DNA of 64,000 nucleotides from Guillardia theta CCMP2712. Lineage: Eukaryota; Protista; Cryptophyta. Each line of letters opens with the position of its first letter. The first letter of the stretch is position 1. The stretch spans positions 604,966 to 668,965 of the forward strand of contig NW_005434646.1 of NCBI RefSeq assembly GCF_000315625.1, written 5' to 3'. This document shows, in pieces, positions 25,702 through 38,096 of the stretch. The notes below the pieces were generated by a model. The model made no database searches. It saw nothing but the letters and a program-made list of their open reading frames with translations, and was not told the DNA's origin. A program made the translations under genes and the position numbers.

Positions 25702-28545
25702 TTACATCGAGTCGTATTGAGGGCCTCCAGATCCCTCTGGTACAGTCCACTTAATGTAATTTCCTGGAGTCTTGATGTCGCAAGTTTTGCAATGGACACA
25801 GTTCTGAGCATTGATAACGAGCTCTGTCTTGCCTGTTGTCACAGTCAGCATGTCTGATAGCTGAAGCAACTCGCTGACCTGTTTGTTCATCTACAGTATA
25901 TTCATAAACCTTGGCCGGGCAAAAGCGAGTTTCAGGAGCTCCGTATTCCTGAATTAGCAGTCAACTAGGTTGCGCCTGCTCAAGTTGCACCTGATAAGAG
26001 ATGGAGGCAGGCCACTCGACTAGCTCGGGCTTGACTTTCAAGTGAGCTGGTTGGTCCTCGTGGTAAACTCCACTGAGCAATAGAAACGTCACTTGAAAGT
26101 TACATGTCAGAATCTTGTTCCGAACCTTCGCGTCAAATTCGTAAGAATATCAAACGTGATCTTGCCGTCGGGCTTTGCGTACTCGATCGGTGTATAACTA
26201 TCACCCACTTACTCAAACTCGCAGAAGAATTTTGAGACTTACTGATCTTTCTTGCCCGTCGTTGCATGATCTCCAATGCTCTGCCTCCATTTCAACCAAC
26301 CTCCAACGTCAAGACGTCATAATACGCCAATACCTTGTTCCTAAATGTCCACGGCTCTGCTCCACCAAATACTCGCAGAGTGAGTCCTGGAGGACCTTAG
26401 AAGCTACTCATACGAATATTGAGATAAAAACCGGAATAAAGCAATCCGACGTAAAATCCCCACTTGTAGGATGGGTGAACATTTCTAACCTACATTACAA
26501 CCTGCTTTAGCTCCTCACGGTGTTGGATCGTCTCTACCTCGTTCAGTTCCTTCCAGACCCACGAGTTTTCCATAGACTTCTGATATCCTGTCATGCGATT
26601 GTAAATATTTTCCATGTTCGCAAAAGCTTCACCTTTCACTTCCAGTGATTCAAAGGTATCCACCGATTTGCCGCTAAACACTGATTCATCCGATTGATTG
26701 TACAAAGCCGCAAAGACCTGGTAGACATTATGTTGAGGAATTTTCATTCAAGACGAAATTACCTCTTCGGCTGCAATCATTCCACTTTTCATGGCAGTAT
26801 GAGAGCCCTTAATCTTTAAGAGGAATGAGTTACGAAAAAGCACAAACGTGGATGAACCTTTGCAACGTTGAGAAATCCTGCGGAGCAGCCCACAAGCAAC
26901 CCTCTGTGAAATGAAGTCAGACATTGTTGCAAGATAGGTCACAAGTACAAACCCTTTGAAAGTGAGTTTGGGAATTGCTTGGAAACCACCCTCATTCAGC
27001 GCACGTGCTCCATATGAAATGCAAGTGCCGCCCTGACACACCTTATCACAGATCTCAAACTGCACAACGTCACACTCGTACCTCCAGATGCTGTCGGATG
27101 GACGGATGGAGCTTCCATCGCTGCCATTTTGAATCAAAAGTAGTGATACGACCACATCCAAACCTGAAACTCTTGATAAGGCGACAGATAAGGATTCTTG
27201 TAATCTAGACCGAGAACGAAGCCCACCAAGACCTAGAGCGAAATATCAACACAAAACATTTATGAATTCAACAAATTTACCTTGTTCGGCTTCATATGAT
27301 ACAAGAACGAGCCACCATATGACTGAAGAACAACGGTGAGGTGTTTGCAAGGAAAACAATGAGAAGATACCTGAGTGTCTAAAGGCCATCCAACCGTATG
27401 TTGAACAAAACCTGGCTTATGATTCTCTTCCGGAATTTCCCAGACCTGACGTAAAGTCATGGAATAAATTCACAATTGGAACGCAGGGATATCATTCCAC
27501 CCAACTCACCTCTTTCAAACCGATTCCGTACGTTTGCATGTCCTTGCCTTGCCGAAGATCAAACTCCTTGATGATCTCTTCTGAGCAAGAGCCACGACAT
27601 CCCTCAGCAAAGACTGTCTGTCGCGCCCTGAGCTCTACACCGGGTGTGAAAGTATCTTTGGGCTGCAATGTAGCGTCACAAAATGTCTTACAAGATTCAA
27701 CATAGTACAACACCTGCCCATTCTTGTCAATTCCTACATCCTTGATCTTGATCCCCTTGACGCTCTTATTCGAGTTGTACAAGACCTCACTAGCAGCGAA
27801 TCCTACCCCCAAACGAATCAGACTTCAGGAGAAATGCTTCGGGACATTCACCTGGGTAGATTTCAATTCCCATGTTCTCTGCTTGTTCAGCCAGCCACTT
27901 GCAGAGCCTTCCCAGGGAGATGATGTAGTTCCCATGATTATTGAGGCTGCTCGGAAGCGCCCATGAGGGGATGTTAACCGATCCGTTGTCGCCGGTGAGA
28001 ATAGCGAACTGATCTTGCGTAACCTCGGTCTCGAGGGGAGCACCGAGCTCCTTCCAGTTGGGGAAGAGTTCGTCCAGTGCTCTGGTCTCGAACACGTTTC
28101 CAGAGAGGATATGGGATCCAACCTCAGCTCCCTTCTCGATGACACACACGGAAAGCTCAACGTTGCGTTCCGCAGCGAGCTGCTTGAGTTTGATGGCTGT
28201 AGACAAACCCGCAGGGCCAGCCCCAACGACGACCACGTCGTACTCCATGGCATCGCTCGCTTCATTTCCAGCACAAAAGTGGCGTCTCATGGCCCTGCAG
28301 CTGGAACGAGGATGAAGCCGCCCTCGTGCACCCAGCACGTCACCGGCTAGCAAGCTGTAAGCTCGGCTACCCACCATCACGCTCAGCCGCTGACGGGTAG
28401 TGGAGGCAGCAGGCACTCGAGCAGCATGCGGAGCAAGAGAGAACTTGAGCCTCTTAGATACGTAGGATGTGCAGGTCTGTGACGAGCGGGCGAGGAGCTG
28501 ACGGCTCAGCGTCGGTCGCCATCGCACACCGGCTTTCAAGAGCAT
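25702..28545 (-). CDS. ETFDH: Electron-transfer flavoprotein-ubiquinone oxidoreductase, mitochondrial
   Basis: [66 protein letters not shown]; Arg-rich transit peptide. Confidence 0.97.
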
Positions 28546-28699
28546 CGCAGGGATCTCGATTGCAGGGCGAACGGTGGTGGGGGTGTATTATGGGGGTATA
28601 GCTCCTGAGAATATAGAGGGGTGCTTGATTTGTCCTTTGGGGGTAGGGGGTAGGGTAGAGGTACAAGGGGGTTCCGTGAGAAGCGGGGTTGTCACTGGC

Positions 28700-28860
28700 A
28701 GGCCCGGGCGGCGCCGGCCGGGGCGGGCCGCCGGGCGGGCCCGGGCGGGCCGGCGGCGGACTCGACTCTCAGTCGGGCCCGCCGGATCGGCCCCGGCGGG
28801 CGTGACTCCGAGACTCCGAGATGACTCCGAGACTCCGAGACTCCGAGACTCTGTACAGGC
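28700..28860. repeat. GC-rich island with (CTCCGAGA)n tandem
   Basis: Visible GGCCGGG runs and an 8-mer tandem at ~28806-28850. Confidence 0.7.
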
Positions 28861-29062
28861 TCAGCGGCGTGGCTGATCCTTTACTCAAGGAGAGTAGCCT
28901 AGGCTAGTAGCCTGTGGCCGCGCGGGGGACCGTACTTGTCCCAGTCCTGCGCGCAGTTAAGGGAAGGTATCAGTTAACTGAGTTTCAAGTTGGGGGACAG
29001 CAGTCGGCAGGATTGGGTTTGGTTCTCGCTGTCTTTTCTTTCAGTTCTCGGCGCCGTCAAGT

Positions 29063-29259
29063 TGGCCTGTGCGACAGTGTCAGGGTCAAGCCTCCTCGAC
29101 TCTCCTGATTGTCCTCGTACTGATTTTCAACTTAACTTTGAGTAAAGCCTGAGCCTGGCTTGCCGGTGACCTTCTTCCGTGACTCAAAGTTAAGCCGAGT
29201 CAAAAATCAGTAAGAGGACGACCCTGACACTAGTGACTGTCCGACGGTCGCACAGGCCA
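29063..29259. mobile_element. Imperfect inverted-repeat (foldback/MITE-like) element
   Basis: Left arm 29063-29143 and right arm 29182-29259 are reverse complements apart from short insertions and a few mismatches. The 40-bp core recurs at 44779-44818. Confidence 0.55.
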
Positions 29260-29456
29260 TACGGCGAGAAGAGACTTGAAGACCGTCAGCCTCCGGCACT
29301 GCTGCCGCCCGGCATCATGGCATCATTGCAGTGCCGACGGTGCGGGCCGGGTCGCGCGCGGCCGGGCCCGGCCCCGGTGACAGCCGATGAGTGTACCGCA
29401 GCCGCTCGGATTATGGCAAACCATCACAGGATATAAAGGCTGTGATTCCTTGTGGA

Positions 29457-30499
29457 ATGGTCACTACAAGTGCCTTCGCCGCATCCGTCGCGGTGGGAAG
29501 GGGAGCGAGAGGTCCAAGTGCTTGCAGACTCTCCATGCAGGAACCTCGTGCACGATCTATTCCTCACCTTCGAGGATCTCCCATGGTGGAAGTTCAGACC
29601 CGCAGATCCGTACTTCTCGGGTTGAGCATTGCAGCTCTTGCGATAGGAACCCTCGGGAGCGACCCTGCCATGGCGGCCGAGGAGGAGGTGAAGGTTTACT
29701 TCGGCTGCGGCTGCTTCTGGCATGTTCAACATGAGTTTGTGGTAGCCGAAGAGAAGATCCTTGGACGTCGAAACTCGCAGATCACTTCCCTGACAGGGTA
29801 TGCCGGAGGCACCGAAGTTGGCAGGGACGGGAAAGTTTGCTACCACAACATGTTTGGCGACTCTGACTATGGCTCCCTCGGACATTCTGAGGCAGTTGAG
29901 TTGTCCCTCCCGCCCAGCAAGTTCGCACAGTTCGCTCAGGTTTACATGAACCTCTTCATCAACGGGGAGCGCGCGGACCCTCAGGCAAGCGCTGGCTCCT
30001 TCCCCGGACTTTCCCCCGTCTGACGCGCAGGGTGGCAGGACCGGGGAGGAGAATATCGATCCCTCGTTGGGATCCCGGGAGGGATGGACGGGCCTTTCGC
30101 TGAATCTCTCAAGGTCATCTTGACTGGGAGAGAGGGCAGTGCTGATTGAGGTTGGTGCAGGCAGCAGCCAGCTCCAGGGGGTTGACCCTGGTTGCGGGGA
30201 AAGGCAACGAAGGGGACACACTAGGAAAGAAGCTTATCTACGTGTATGACTCAGTTCAGTTCCCGTTCCATCCTGCGGAAGTCTACCACCAGTTCCATGA
30301 TGACATGGTCGACAAGTACTCGAGAGAGTACCATGACCTCAAGAGGATCGAGCTGCAGGATGGGAGGTGGGTAGTAAGCCTTTCTGATATCTTGCTCTGT
30401 TATGCTGTCTGTGGTGTTTGCGTTTCAAGTTCTCTTGTCGCCCCATCTGAAATCATGCTCAGGCTCAAGCCCACTGGCTGCCCGGGAGATTCTGCCTGA
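29457..30499 (+). CDS. msrA: Peptide methionine sulfoxide reductase A-like, plastid/thylakoid-lumen leader
   Basis: VYFGCGCFWHVQ, TGYAGG, GHSEAV, DRGGEYRS, FHPAEVYHQF. RR+hydrophobic+AMA leader. GC-AG intron 29985-30038. True start may lie upstream. Confidence 0.85.
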
Positions 30500-30615
30500 G
30501 GCTCTTACGATTGTTTGGTAACCGGAGCGCGAGATGTCAAAGATTCATGCGATCATGGGAGGGGTCTATCCTTAGTTTGGTATTCATCAACAAGGTAGAT
30601 AACGACATGAGTGGC

Positions 30616-33474
30616 TCAAGTTTGTCTTGTAATCTTGAACGACAAGTAGCTCCCTTGCAAACTTGCCTGAACTTTTAACCTTTCGCGATTCTGCACCTGA
30701 ACTCCTTCCTTGAAGATCCATGCAGCCTGTCATCGCACTTATCTCCCCCCCTCGTCTCCTCGGACGTCTCTCACCTGCCGCCAGTGGGGCGGATGAGCGT
30801 CGGAGTCGAACACCGGAGCTTGCTGTAGGTGTCCAGCTGGGGAACTCATGGGGCGGGATCGGTCATAGGTCTCGAGGGTGACATCCCCCATTCTCAGCTC
30901 AAACCAAAAGACGATCCCGTCGATCCTGCCGTCCTGCCTGCCACGTCACCCTAGGGGATGGGACTCAACGTGCTACGCACCGTCATCGCCTCCACCACAA
31001 CTTCATCCGTCTGCTGGTGTTGAAGGGAAGCGAGGTCCACGTTGAGAAGCTTCGATTCTCCTGTGATCTGCTGGCAGCGCAAACATCGCAGGTCAACGCT
31101 CATCAGCGTCCGGACGCTGAACGTGTCCAGCAGAGAGACGTCCGGGCCGTGCTGCGCAGCCTTGTTCACTCGGTTGTCCTGGACCATCTGGTCGGACTGC
31201 AAGCAGACGAAGCGGAGGCAGAAGCTGCTGGGGAAGATAAGACCCTTGTCTTGCGTCAGAAACCATTCCTTGGCTAGCCTCACGTCCTCTAGGATCCCCT
31301 GCGTCAACATCCCGCCCGGATCGATCAGTTCCAGCACGATTATGTGAAAAGATTTTTGAGGTCCCTTGAGTTTGTTCTTCTCGTCTGTTGAGGGAGACGC
31401 TTCGCTCTCCTTCTCTCTTGTCTTGGGATCCTTTGTCGACTTCTTTCCCTTCGCTGCACTCCACATGAATGAAGATTTCGAGCTCTTCTTGGTACTTGGA
31501 GGAGGCTGAGCTTGCTGGGGGTCCTCCCTGAAGGGACTGGCTTTGTTCATCGCCAGCCTGACAAGCTTCTCATGCAAGGAGTGCCCTGAGCTCCTTCGGG
31601 AGAAAGTTCTTCTTATCCCGATGCTCAGGAAATCTTCCACCAGGGGATCGAAGATCTGAAGGAGCCGGTCAGTAAGCCCTCACCTCTCGTGCAGTCGATA
31701 CCTCCACGATCTTGTCAAAATGATTGTCGTTGATGATCTCCATCAGCGCCTGCGTCTCATCCGGAGGATCCATGATCAGCACCTTGTCGGCTCCGCATCT
31801 CGCAGCCAACAACCCGCACAAACTCCAGCCATGGCTCAGGTCCAGCACGTGCAACGGTGTGCCGGGACAGGCCATCCTCAGCGATCTCATGGCACGCTTG
31901 AGCGCTTCCTCGTAGGCCTCGTTCTTGTGCTTGTCATTCAGGACGCTGATGACCCTCTCCCCAACTTTGATCACTTGGTTCCCGTCCTCGTCCTCCCCTG
32001 CCGTCCCCACCCAGCTCGTCATGTCCGACTTCCTCAGTCTCCAGTGGAGGTTCTTGGCGCTGCAAGAGACCAGCACATCAACCTCGTCTCCACCTTCCAC
32101 CTGGAAATTGTTGTCGGGGATGAAGACGGCCTGCTCCCAGCACGTGGTCAGGTGCATCCCCTGCGGTAGCGACGACCATGATGGCGAAGTGGAGAACCCT
32201 CCTTCACTGTCAAGCCAGAGGTGGTACCACATGACCAACGCGTCCACCCTCCCGCCCTGCGTGACTCTCACACGGTGCTGCCGCGTCGATGCCATGCCGC
32301 CAAGACTCATGTCGAAAGGAACGGTGAGAGCGAGGAAAGGGTCGCACAGAGGAGAGTGTCCGCTCTCCGTCAAGTACTCGCAGAGGTAGGGGTCTTGCGG
32401 GATGAAGACGTTGTCGCTGCACATCTTGAGCCCGCAGTGAGCTTCAGCGTTCATCCTTCCTTGCGACCGCAAGATCGGAGAGCACACGAGCATGCAGTAC
32501 ACGTCAGCACGGCTCGGGATCATCTGACCTCTGTGCGCGAGCAGCCGGCTTTGAGCGCTCGACAGGGACGGGAGCATCCCCTCCCCCAGCAGCCCGCAGT
32601 CAGCCGTCTCAGTCACGACGACGTCGACTTTGGAAGGGATGGAACACGTCAAGTGTTCTCCCTCCCTCCCGTCGTCGATCACGATGTCGTCCGAGTGGCA
32701 CGCGAGCACTCGAACTCTCTCCCGCAGTCCGTTCGCCTCCAGTACCCTCCCTGCCAGATCAGCGATTGGCTCCGACAGCTCACATCCCCACACCGTCACG
32801 CCCGGCCGTGCTTGTGCAGCGTACATGGCAAGCAGCCCAGTCCCGCAGCCGATGTCCAGCACCTTGGGCTGATCTCCTGACCTCGCAACTGCACGTGCGA
32901 TTGCGTCAGCGTAGCACTGGTTGCGGACCGGGTCGTTGATCATCCGGTAGTGCCAGCGGTTGATAGCCCTTCCATTGAGCAGGTCGAGGCTTTCCTGGGC
33001 GACGATGTAGTCATCATCCATGGAGAGCACCCTCCGCCAGCAGTCAGCAGCGACAACCTCCTTGCCCGACAGGAAGCTCAGCCTCCCCAGCTCCGTGAGG
33101 AGGTGAAGGTTGCGAGGGAACACGGAGCAAGCAAGGCGGTGCATGCTGATCGCAGTCTCGATGTCGCCCTGATCCATGAGCTCGCTGGAATGGGAGGCGA
33201 GCGCTTTCAGAAACTCGTCGACGAAGTGCTCAGCTATGGACGGCTGCACCTTGAACGACATGAGGTACGCATGCACCGCCTGCTGGAGCTTGCCGCTGAG
33301 CTGCAGCATCAGCGCTTGTTTGAGCAGAGTCTCGACTCTCGGATTCAGCTGCAGCTCTGCTCTGAGAGATTCGCTTTCTTCCGCGACCTCCATCTCCTCA
33401 CCCTCCTCCATCTCCTCGTCCTCATCTTCTTCACTCTGCATCTCCTCGTCCTCCTCCTCGTCGTCTGAGTGCAT
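30616..33474 (-). CDS. PRMT9: Protein arginine methyltransferase, PRMT9-like (TPRs + tandem PRMT modules)
   Basis: TPR-like helices, then NRWHYRMINDPVRN, VLDIGCGTGLL, VVTETADCGLLGEG, TCWEQA; second degenerate module VLDLSHG..HWRQAA. Confidence 0.85.
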
Positions 33475-33519
33475 ACTGGATCAGTGTTCTCCAAATGATT
33501 ACCTATGACAAGTGTCAGC

Positions 33520-33645
33520 CTCGCTCCCTCGCTCCCTCGCTCCCTCGCTCCCTCGCTCCCTCGCTCCCTCGCTCCCTCGCTCCCTCGCTCCCTCGCTCCC
33601 TCGCTCCCTCGCTCCCTCGCTCCCTCGCTCCCTCGCTCCCTCGCT
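33520..33645. repeat. (CTCGCTCC)n 8-mer microsatellite
   Basis: Visible tandem array. Confidence 0.95.
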
Positions 33646-33856
33646 CTCTTGCTCTCATCTCACAACCTTATCCTCTCGCTGCTTCCCCTCGTCTCATCCT
33701 CCCGCTCCCTCAGGCTCGCCCATTGCCACCATTTTCCATCTTCATTTAGACACCTGCCGGGTCCGCCCAGTAAAGAAGCGTCTCCCCGTGGTTGAACAGT
33801 GAAGCCAACCTGCGAGACGGAGGGAGAGAACAAGAGACGAGGAGAGAACTACAAGT

Positions 33857-33954
33857 AGTCAGTCAGTCAGTCAGTCAGTCAGTCAGTCAGTCAGTCAGTC
33901 AGTCAGTCAGTCAGTCAGTCAGTCAGTCAGTCAGTCAATCAGTCAGTCAGTCAG
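33857..33954. repeat. (AGTC)n microsatellite
   Basis: Visible tandem array. Confidence 0.95.
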
Positions 33955-34000
33955 CAAGAAGCAAGAGTTAGTTGGTTCCACAGTCCTGATCCTACCAGGG

Positions 34001-35331
34001 ATGAACAGGCAACGGGGTCTTGTTCTGGGGATCACTTCGGTCATGAACTCGATGGCGTGCATGGCAAGGGATCCCTGCTTCTCCTACCTCCATTCAGGAC
34101 GACCTCCATTCGGCGCAAGGCTTCCTGTCTCGACCAAATCTCAGCGCCAGCTTGCAGCGAGAGCGAAGATCGTGAGTCAAGCGCGAGATCGTGGGCAGGA
34201 GGGGACGGGCAGGAGGGACATCCGGGTCTTTGTGGGAGGACAACAGCTCTTGCACGGATCGACGGTAAACTTTGAGTCGTCGCAGAGCCACTACCTCGAC
34301 AAAGTGATGCGCGTCATGGAAGGAAGTCACGTCAAAGTCTTCAACGGCTGCGATGGGGAGTGGTGGTGCCGGATGGATCACTTTGACAAGAAGGGAGCTC
34401 GCGGTTCTGTCCCCTCCCTTGCCCTCGGCCGTGCCTGACCCTCCTACCTAGGAACCGTCACCGAGCAGAGGCACACGTTCTCAGCAGGAAGCGACGTGTG
34501 GCTACTCTTTGCCCCTGTCAAGGGCGACGCCACGGAGGCCATCGTGCAGAAGGTGCTCGAGGTTGCTGCTTCCTCTTGCTCTGACGTTGCTGGCGGTTCA
34601 GGCAACAGAACTGGGTGTGCGGGGCATCCTGCCCGTCTCTACGCAGGCATGCTTGCCACTCCTGCGCTGATTCCTGTGACAAGGTCTTTGATAGAGGACT
34701 ATCGTCAAGTCGATCAAGCACGAGAGGCTTCAGTCGATTGCTGTGATCAACTCCTGCCTTCATGCGCAGGACATTTGACGAGCCTGTCCCAGGTGGAGGC
34801 ATCTGAGCAATGTGAACGACTGGATGTACCAGACCTTGTTCCCTTGCAGCCCCTGAACAAGCTGCTGCTCAAGTGACTTCAGGGACCTAAGCGTGTAGTC
34901 ACTGATTCTTCCCTTCCAGCTGGCCATCAGACCGCAAACTTGTGGTCTGTGACGAAACTCGCGTCGGAGAGCGCGGCACTTGGGATACTCTGCGAGCGTT
35001 GCAAGGTGAAGCGAGGTTCGCTATGTTGGTGGGGCCTGAGGTAAGGAGGACAAACTCTTGCTTTCCTCATGCGCCTGTGCAGGGTGGTTGGTCAGACGAT
35101 GAGTTGTCCGGATTTGCAGAGCATCAGGCGGTAGCGCTGCAGCGTTAGCGGGGGAGGGGCAACTGACTCGGGCCCGGCCTTCAGGTCAAGATCGGTCTGG
35201 GCCCAAGAATACTGAGAGCAGATACGGCAGCCATCGCAGCCTTGACGCTGTTTCAAGTAAGACCCTGGGGTATGCTGCTGACTCGCGAGTTGGTGATTTG
35301 TTCTCAGGCGTGCCTGGGAGACTGGAAGTGA
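34001..35331 (+). CDS. rsmE: 16S rRNA m3U1498 methyltransferase RsmE, organellar
   Basis: HYLDKVMRV..VFNGCDGEW, QKATELGV, EASEQCERL, VGPEGGWS, LGPRILRADTAA. One GC donor (CAG|GCATGC). Start uncertain. Confidence 0.92.
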
Positions 35332-35888
35332 CGTAGACCTATCATAGTGTAGCATATATCAGCCCGGCACATAACTACCCTGAGTGTCCACAATGCTCAT
35401 AGCCCTTCATCATTAAGTTACGGGTTGTGCCTCAAGACGACGTCACTGACATCACTGTTTGGGGATGCGCCTAACTTAAACGATACATGTCCAATCAGCT
35501 GGTGATTCTCAGTCCTCGTGAGCACTGAAACCACACCCTAGCCCTGGAGCCGCGACTCGCTAAGACCTAGTAGGGGACGATCTTGGGAGCCGCGAGACGC
35601 AGGGCTCAGCACCGTCCGAATGTCCGACAGAGCTCCTGCACAAGGCTATGTCAAGTAGTTGGGGACTTTGTAGTCAGAGTAACAGTGTCAGACAGGTAAG
35701 GGATAACAGCATCTATCACAACTCATGTCACTTACTTACGCTACCGTACAGTACACGTCTCTACTTCTCAGGACTTCACTACTACACTCTAGCTAGCCTA
35801 CTACACTCTACACACCGTCGGCAGCACCGTCGGGCCATGAAAGTGAAAAGGCTTTGAATGATAGAGGTAGTCAAGTCCTTACGTGCCC

Positions 35889-38096
35889 ATGGCATCCGTA
35901 GCGTGGGATGACGCCATGGGAGGGCAGCGTGTGGAGCTTGTCGATCTAGAGAACGAGCGATGGTACCATCTCCTCTCGTTGCATGTTATTTTGGTCCTCA
36001 GAGCATGGACGATGCTTTCCCGCAAACTGAACGACTGTCCATTGTTAGGAATGGATTGAAGGGAAGGGTTCTGTGCAGAAAAGGAGCGAAGCATGCTGAA
36101 GACGAGCGGCTTCTCATCCTACTCGACAACGGCCAAGAAGGTATCCTTCTTCTTCTCCTCCTTCTCCTCCTCCTTCCCCTCCTCCTCCTCCTCCTCCTCC
36201 TCCTCGTTCTCCTCCTCTCTCTCTCTATTTCTTACTGCACGTGGAAGCCTTTGTGAAGAGAAGCAAGCTCAAGAACCTGATGCCCGAGAGAGTTGTCATC
36301 CGCAGCTTCAAGGGGGAGGGCGTCTCGATGGCAGCCGGCGATTCGATATCCTCCGCCAAGACCAGGACTGATGTCAAAACAGAAAAGTCTCAGTCGACAA
36401 CAGAGAATATCATGAGCTTCGAGGGAATGCCCACTGTTTGCATGAGCGAAGCTGCTGTCAAGTCGTTTGTTGAAAGAACACGACACAGTCTGTACGGCTT
36501 GCAGGATGCTTCGGGAAATGTTTGGGTTATGGACACAAAGCAAGACGTCCTGATTGGGTAGCTTGGCACAATGTTTTCCCTTCCTGGTGATACCAGCCTT
36601 GTTAGGCGCTCGGCGAACTGCGGGCTAGTCCTGAATGAGAAAGAGAGCAGGTCGGTATCGGGGTATCACTGCATCATACGGTACGACAAGAAGTCCGACG
36701 TCTTCAGGTTCAAAGATATCAGCTCCAAGGGATCCAAAATCAACACTGTCGAAATACACTGGAGGCAAGTGACACTCAGCGTCGGGGATCTGATCCAGAT
36801 CGGGGGAGACAAGACTGGGGTTTCATTCGTTTTCAAGCTGTTCTCTGCTGAAGATCAAAGCATCAAGAAGGTAACCGTTGTCGTTCCCCTGCTACTGTTC
36901 GTCTTGTTTGATACCCATGTCCCGCCAGCTGATGGGAGATAGGACTGATCACCAGGCGAGGCAGGTTGGCAATTAAGTTAAACCTTTGACTCTGTTCTCG
37001 TTGGCCGTGTAGACTGGATTCTTGTCTTCTGCTCTCCAGCTGGATGACTTTATTGGCCTCAGGTAAAATCTCAGGACCTTGCAAGCCAGCAGCAACACCG
37101 TCATTTAAGGTACCCTGAGAAAGCAACAGTCTGTTTGAGCCTGAATCCTTTTTCCTGACCGCAGAGGCGCGGAAGAAAATGCTCTGGTGCTCTATGAAGG
37201 GAGCGGCCCTGTAAGGCGGAGGTACCACACTCTTCATCAGAGTTCATCGGACGTAAGGTCAACAAGTCTTTCCGACGGCAGCGACTCCTCGTCTCCTTCG
37301 TTCAGCAGCCACAGCAGCCTCATGCTGTCTGACCGCCGACGGTCTGATGGCCCTCCTGCGCACAGGAAGCAGCGCGATGAGAAATCGTCAGATGACTCGT
37401 GGAGCGAGTGGTCCTCAGCAGCAGACGAACAACCCTTCCTTCGTCCTTCGACCCAGCCCAGCAGAGCCCGGCGAGCTGCCCCAACAGAGACTGCGCTTGT
37501 CCGTCGGGGAGCAGAGGCAGGGAGGCTGGTGGTAGGACCCAGCCTGCCAAGAGCTGAACATAGAAGTCATTCAAGGGACGCCCCAGCTAGACATCGATCA
37601 GCAGGTTACTCGCGAGTCACATCATCGCGTCAGGACGCGGCAAGGAGCAAGTCGGGGAATCCCCGTCAGCCGCTTTTACCCCATGCGAGACAAGCAGAGG
37701 CAAACGGCTTTAAGCTCAACTTGGAAAAAATCCAGACAGGTGGGAAGAGTGCTGAAACGGCTTTTCGCGAAGATCTTTCTGAGCTCTACAGATACAAGAA
37801 GCATGAAAAGGCAGAAGCTCAGAAGAGGATCAAAGACATGGAAGATCTGAAGGAGATCTCGCAAAAGTGCAAAGATACGATCGATGCATATGATGTAAGC
37901 TTCTTGCGAAAGATCAATCTTGAGAAAGTGACTTAGAGCGCAGCAAAGGATCGCTCTAGGTAAGGAGCTTGCGAAGAAGTACGGCAATACAGTGTCTAAT
38001 CCGGCATCTCTCCTCCTTCAAGAGCTCAGGTATGTGCAACATGGTCAAATGAATTGATCTGAATAGCTATTCGTTATCAGAGCAAAGAAACATTGA
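35889..38096 (+). CDS. FHA-domain protein with low-complexity and coiled-coil C-terminus
   Basis: VLIG|RSANC..VSGYHCII..KDISSKGSKIN is the FHA GR/SxxH signature. Ends approximate. Confidence 0.75.

Noticed and set aside
30841-30860. Suspected in-frame TGA (selenocysteine/readthrough) in a late PRMT exon
   Set aside because: On recount the frame is open (..SRPMSSPAGH..HWRQ)
33495-33954. Regular repeats as a possible CRISPR array
   Set aside because: Pure microsatellites without spacers, and no cas genes in this eukaryotic context
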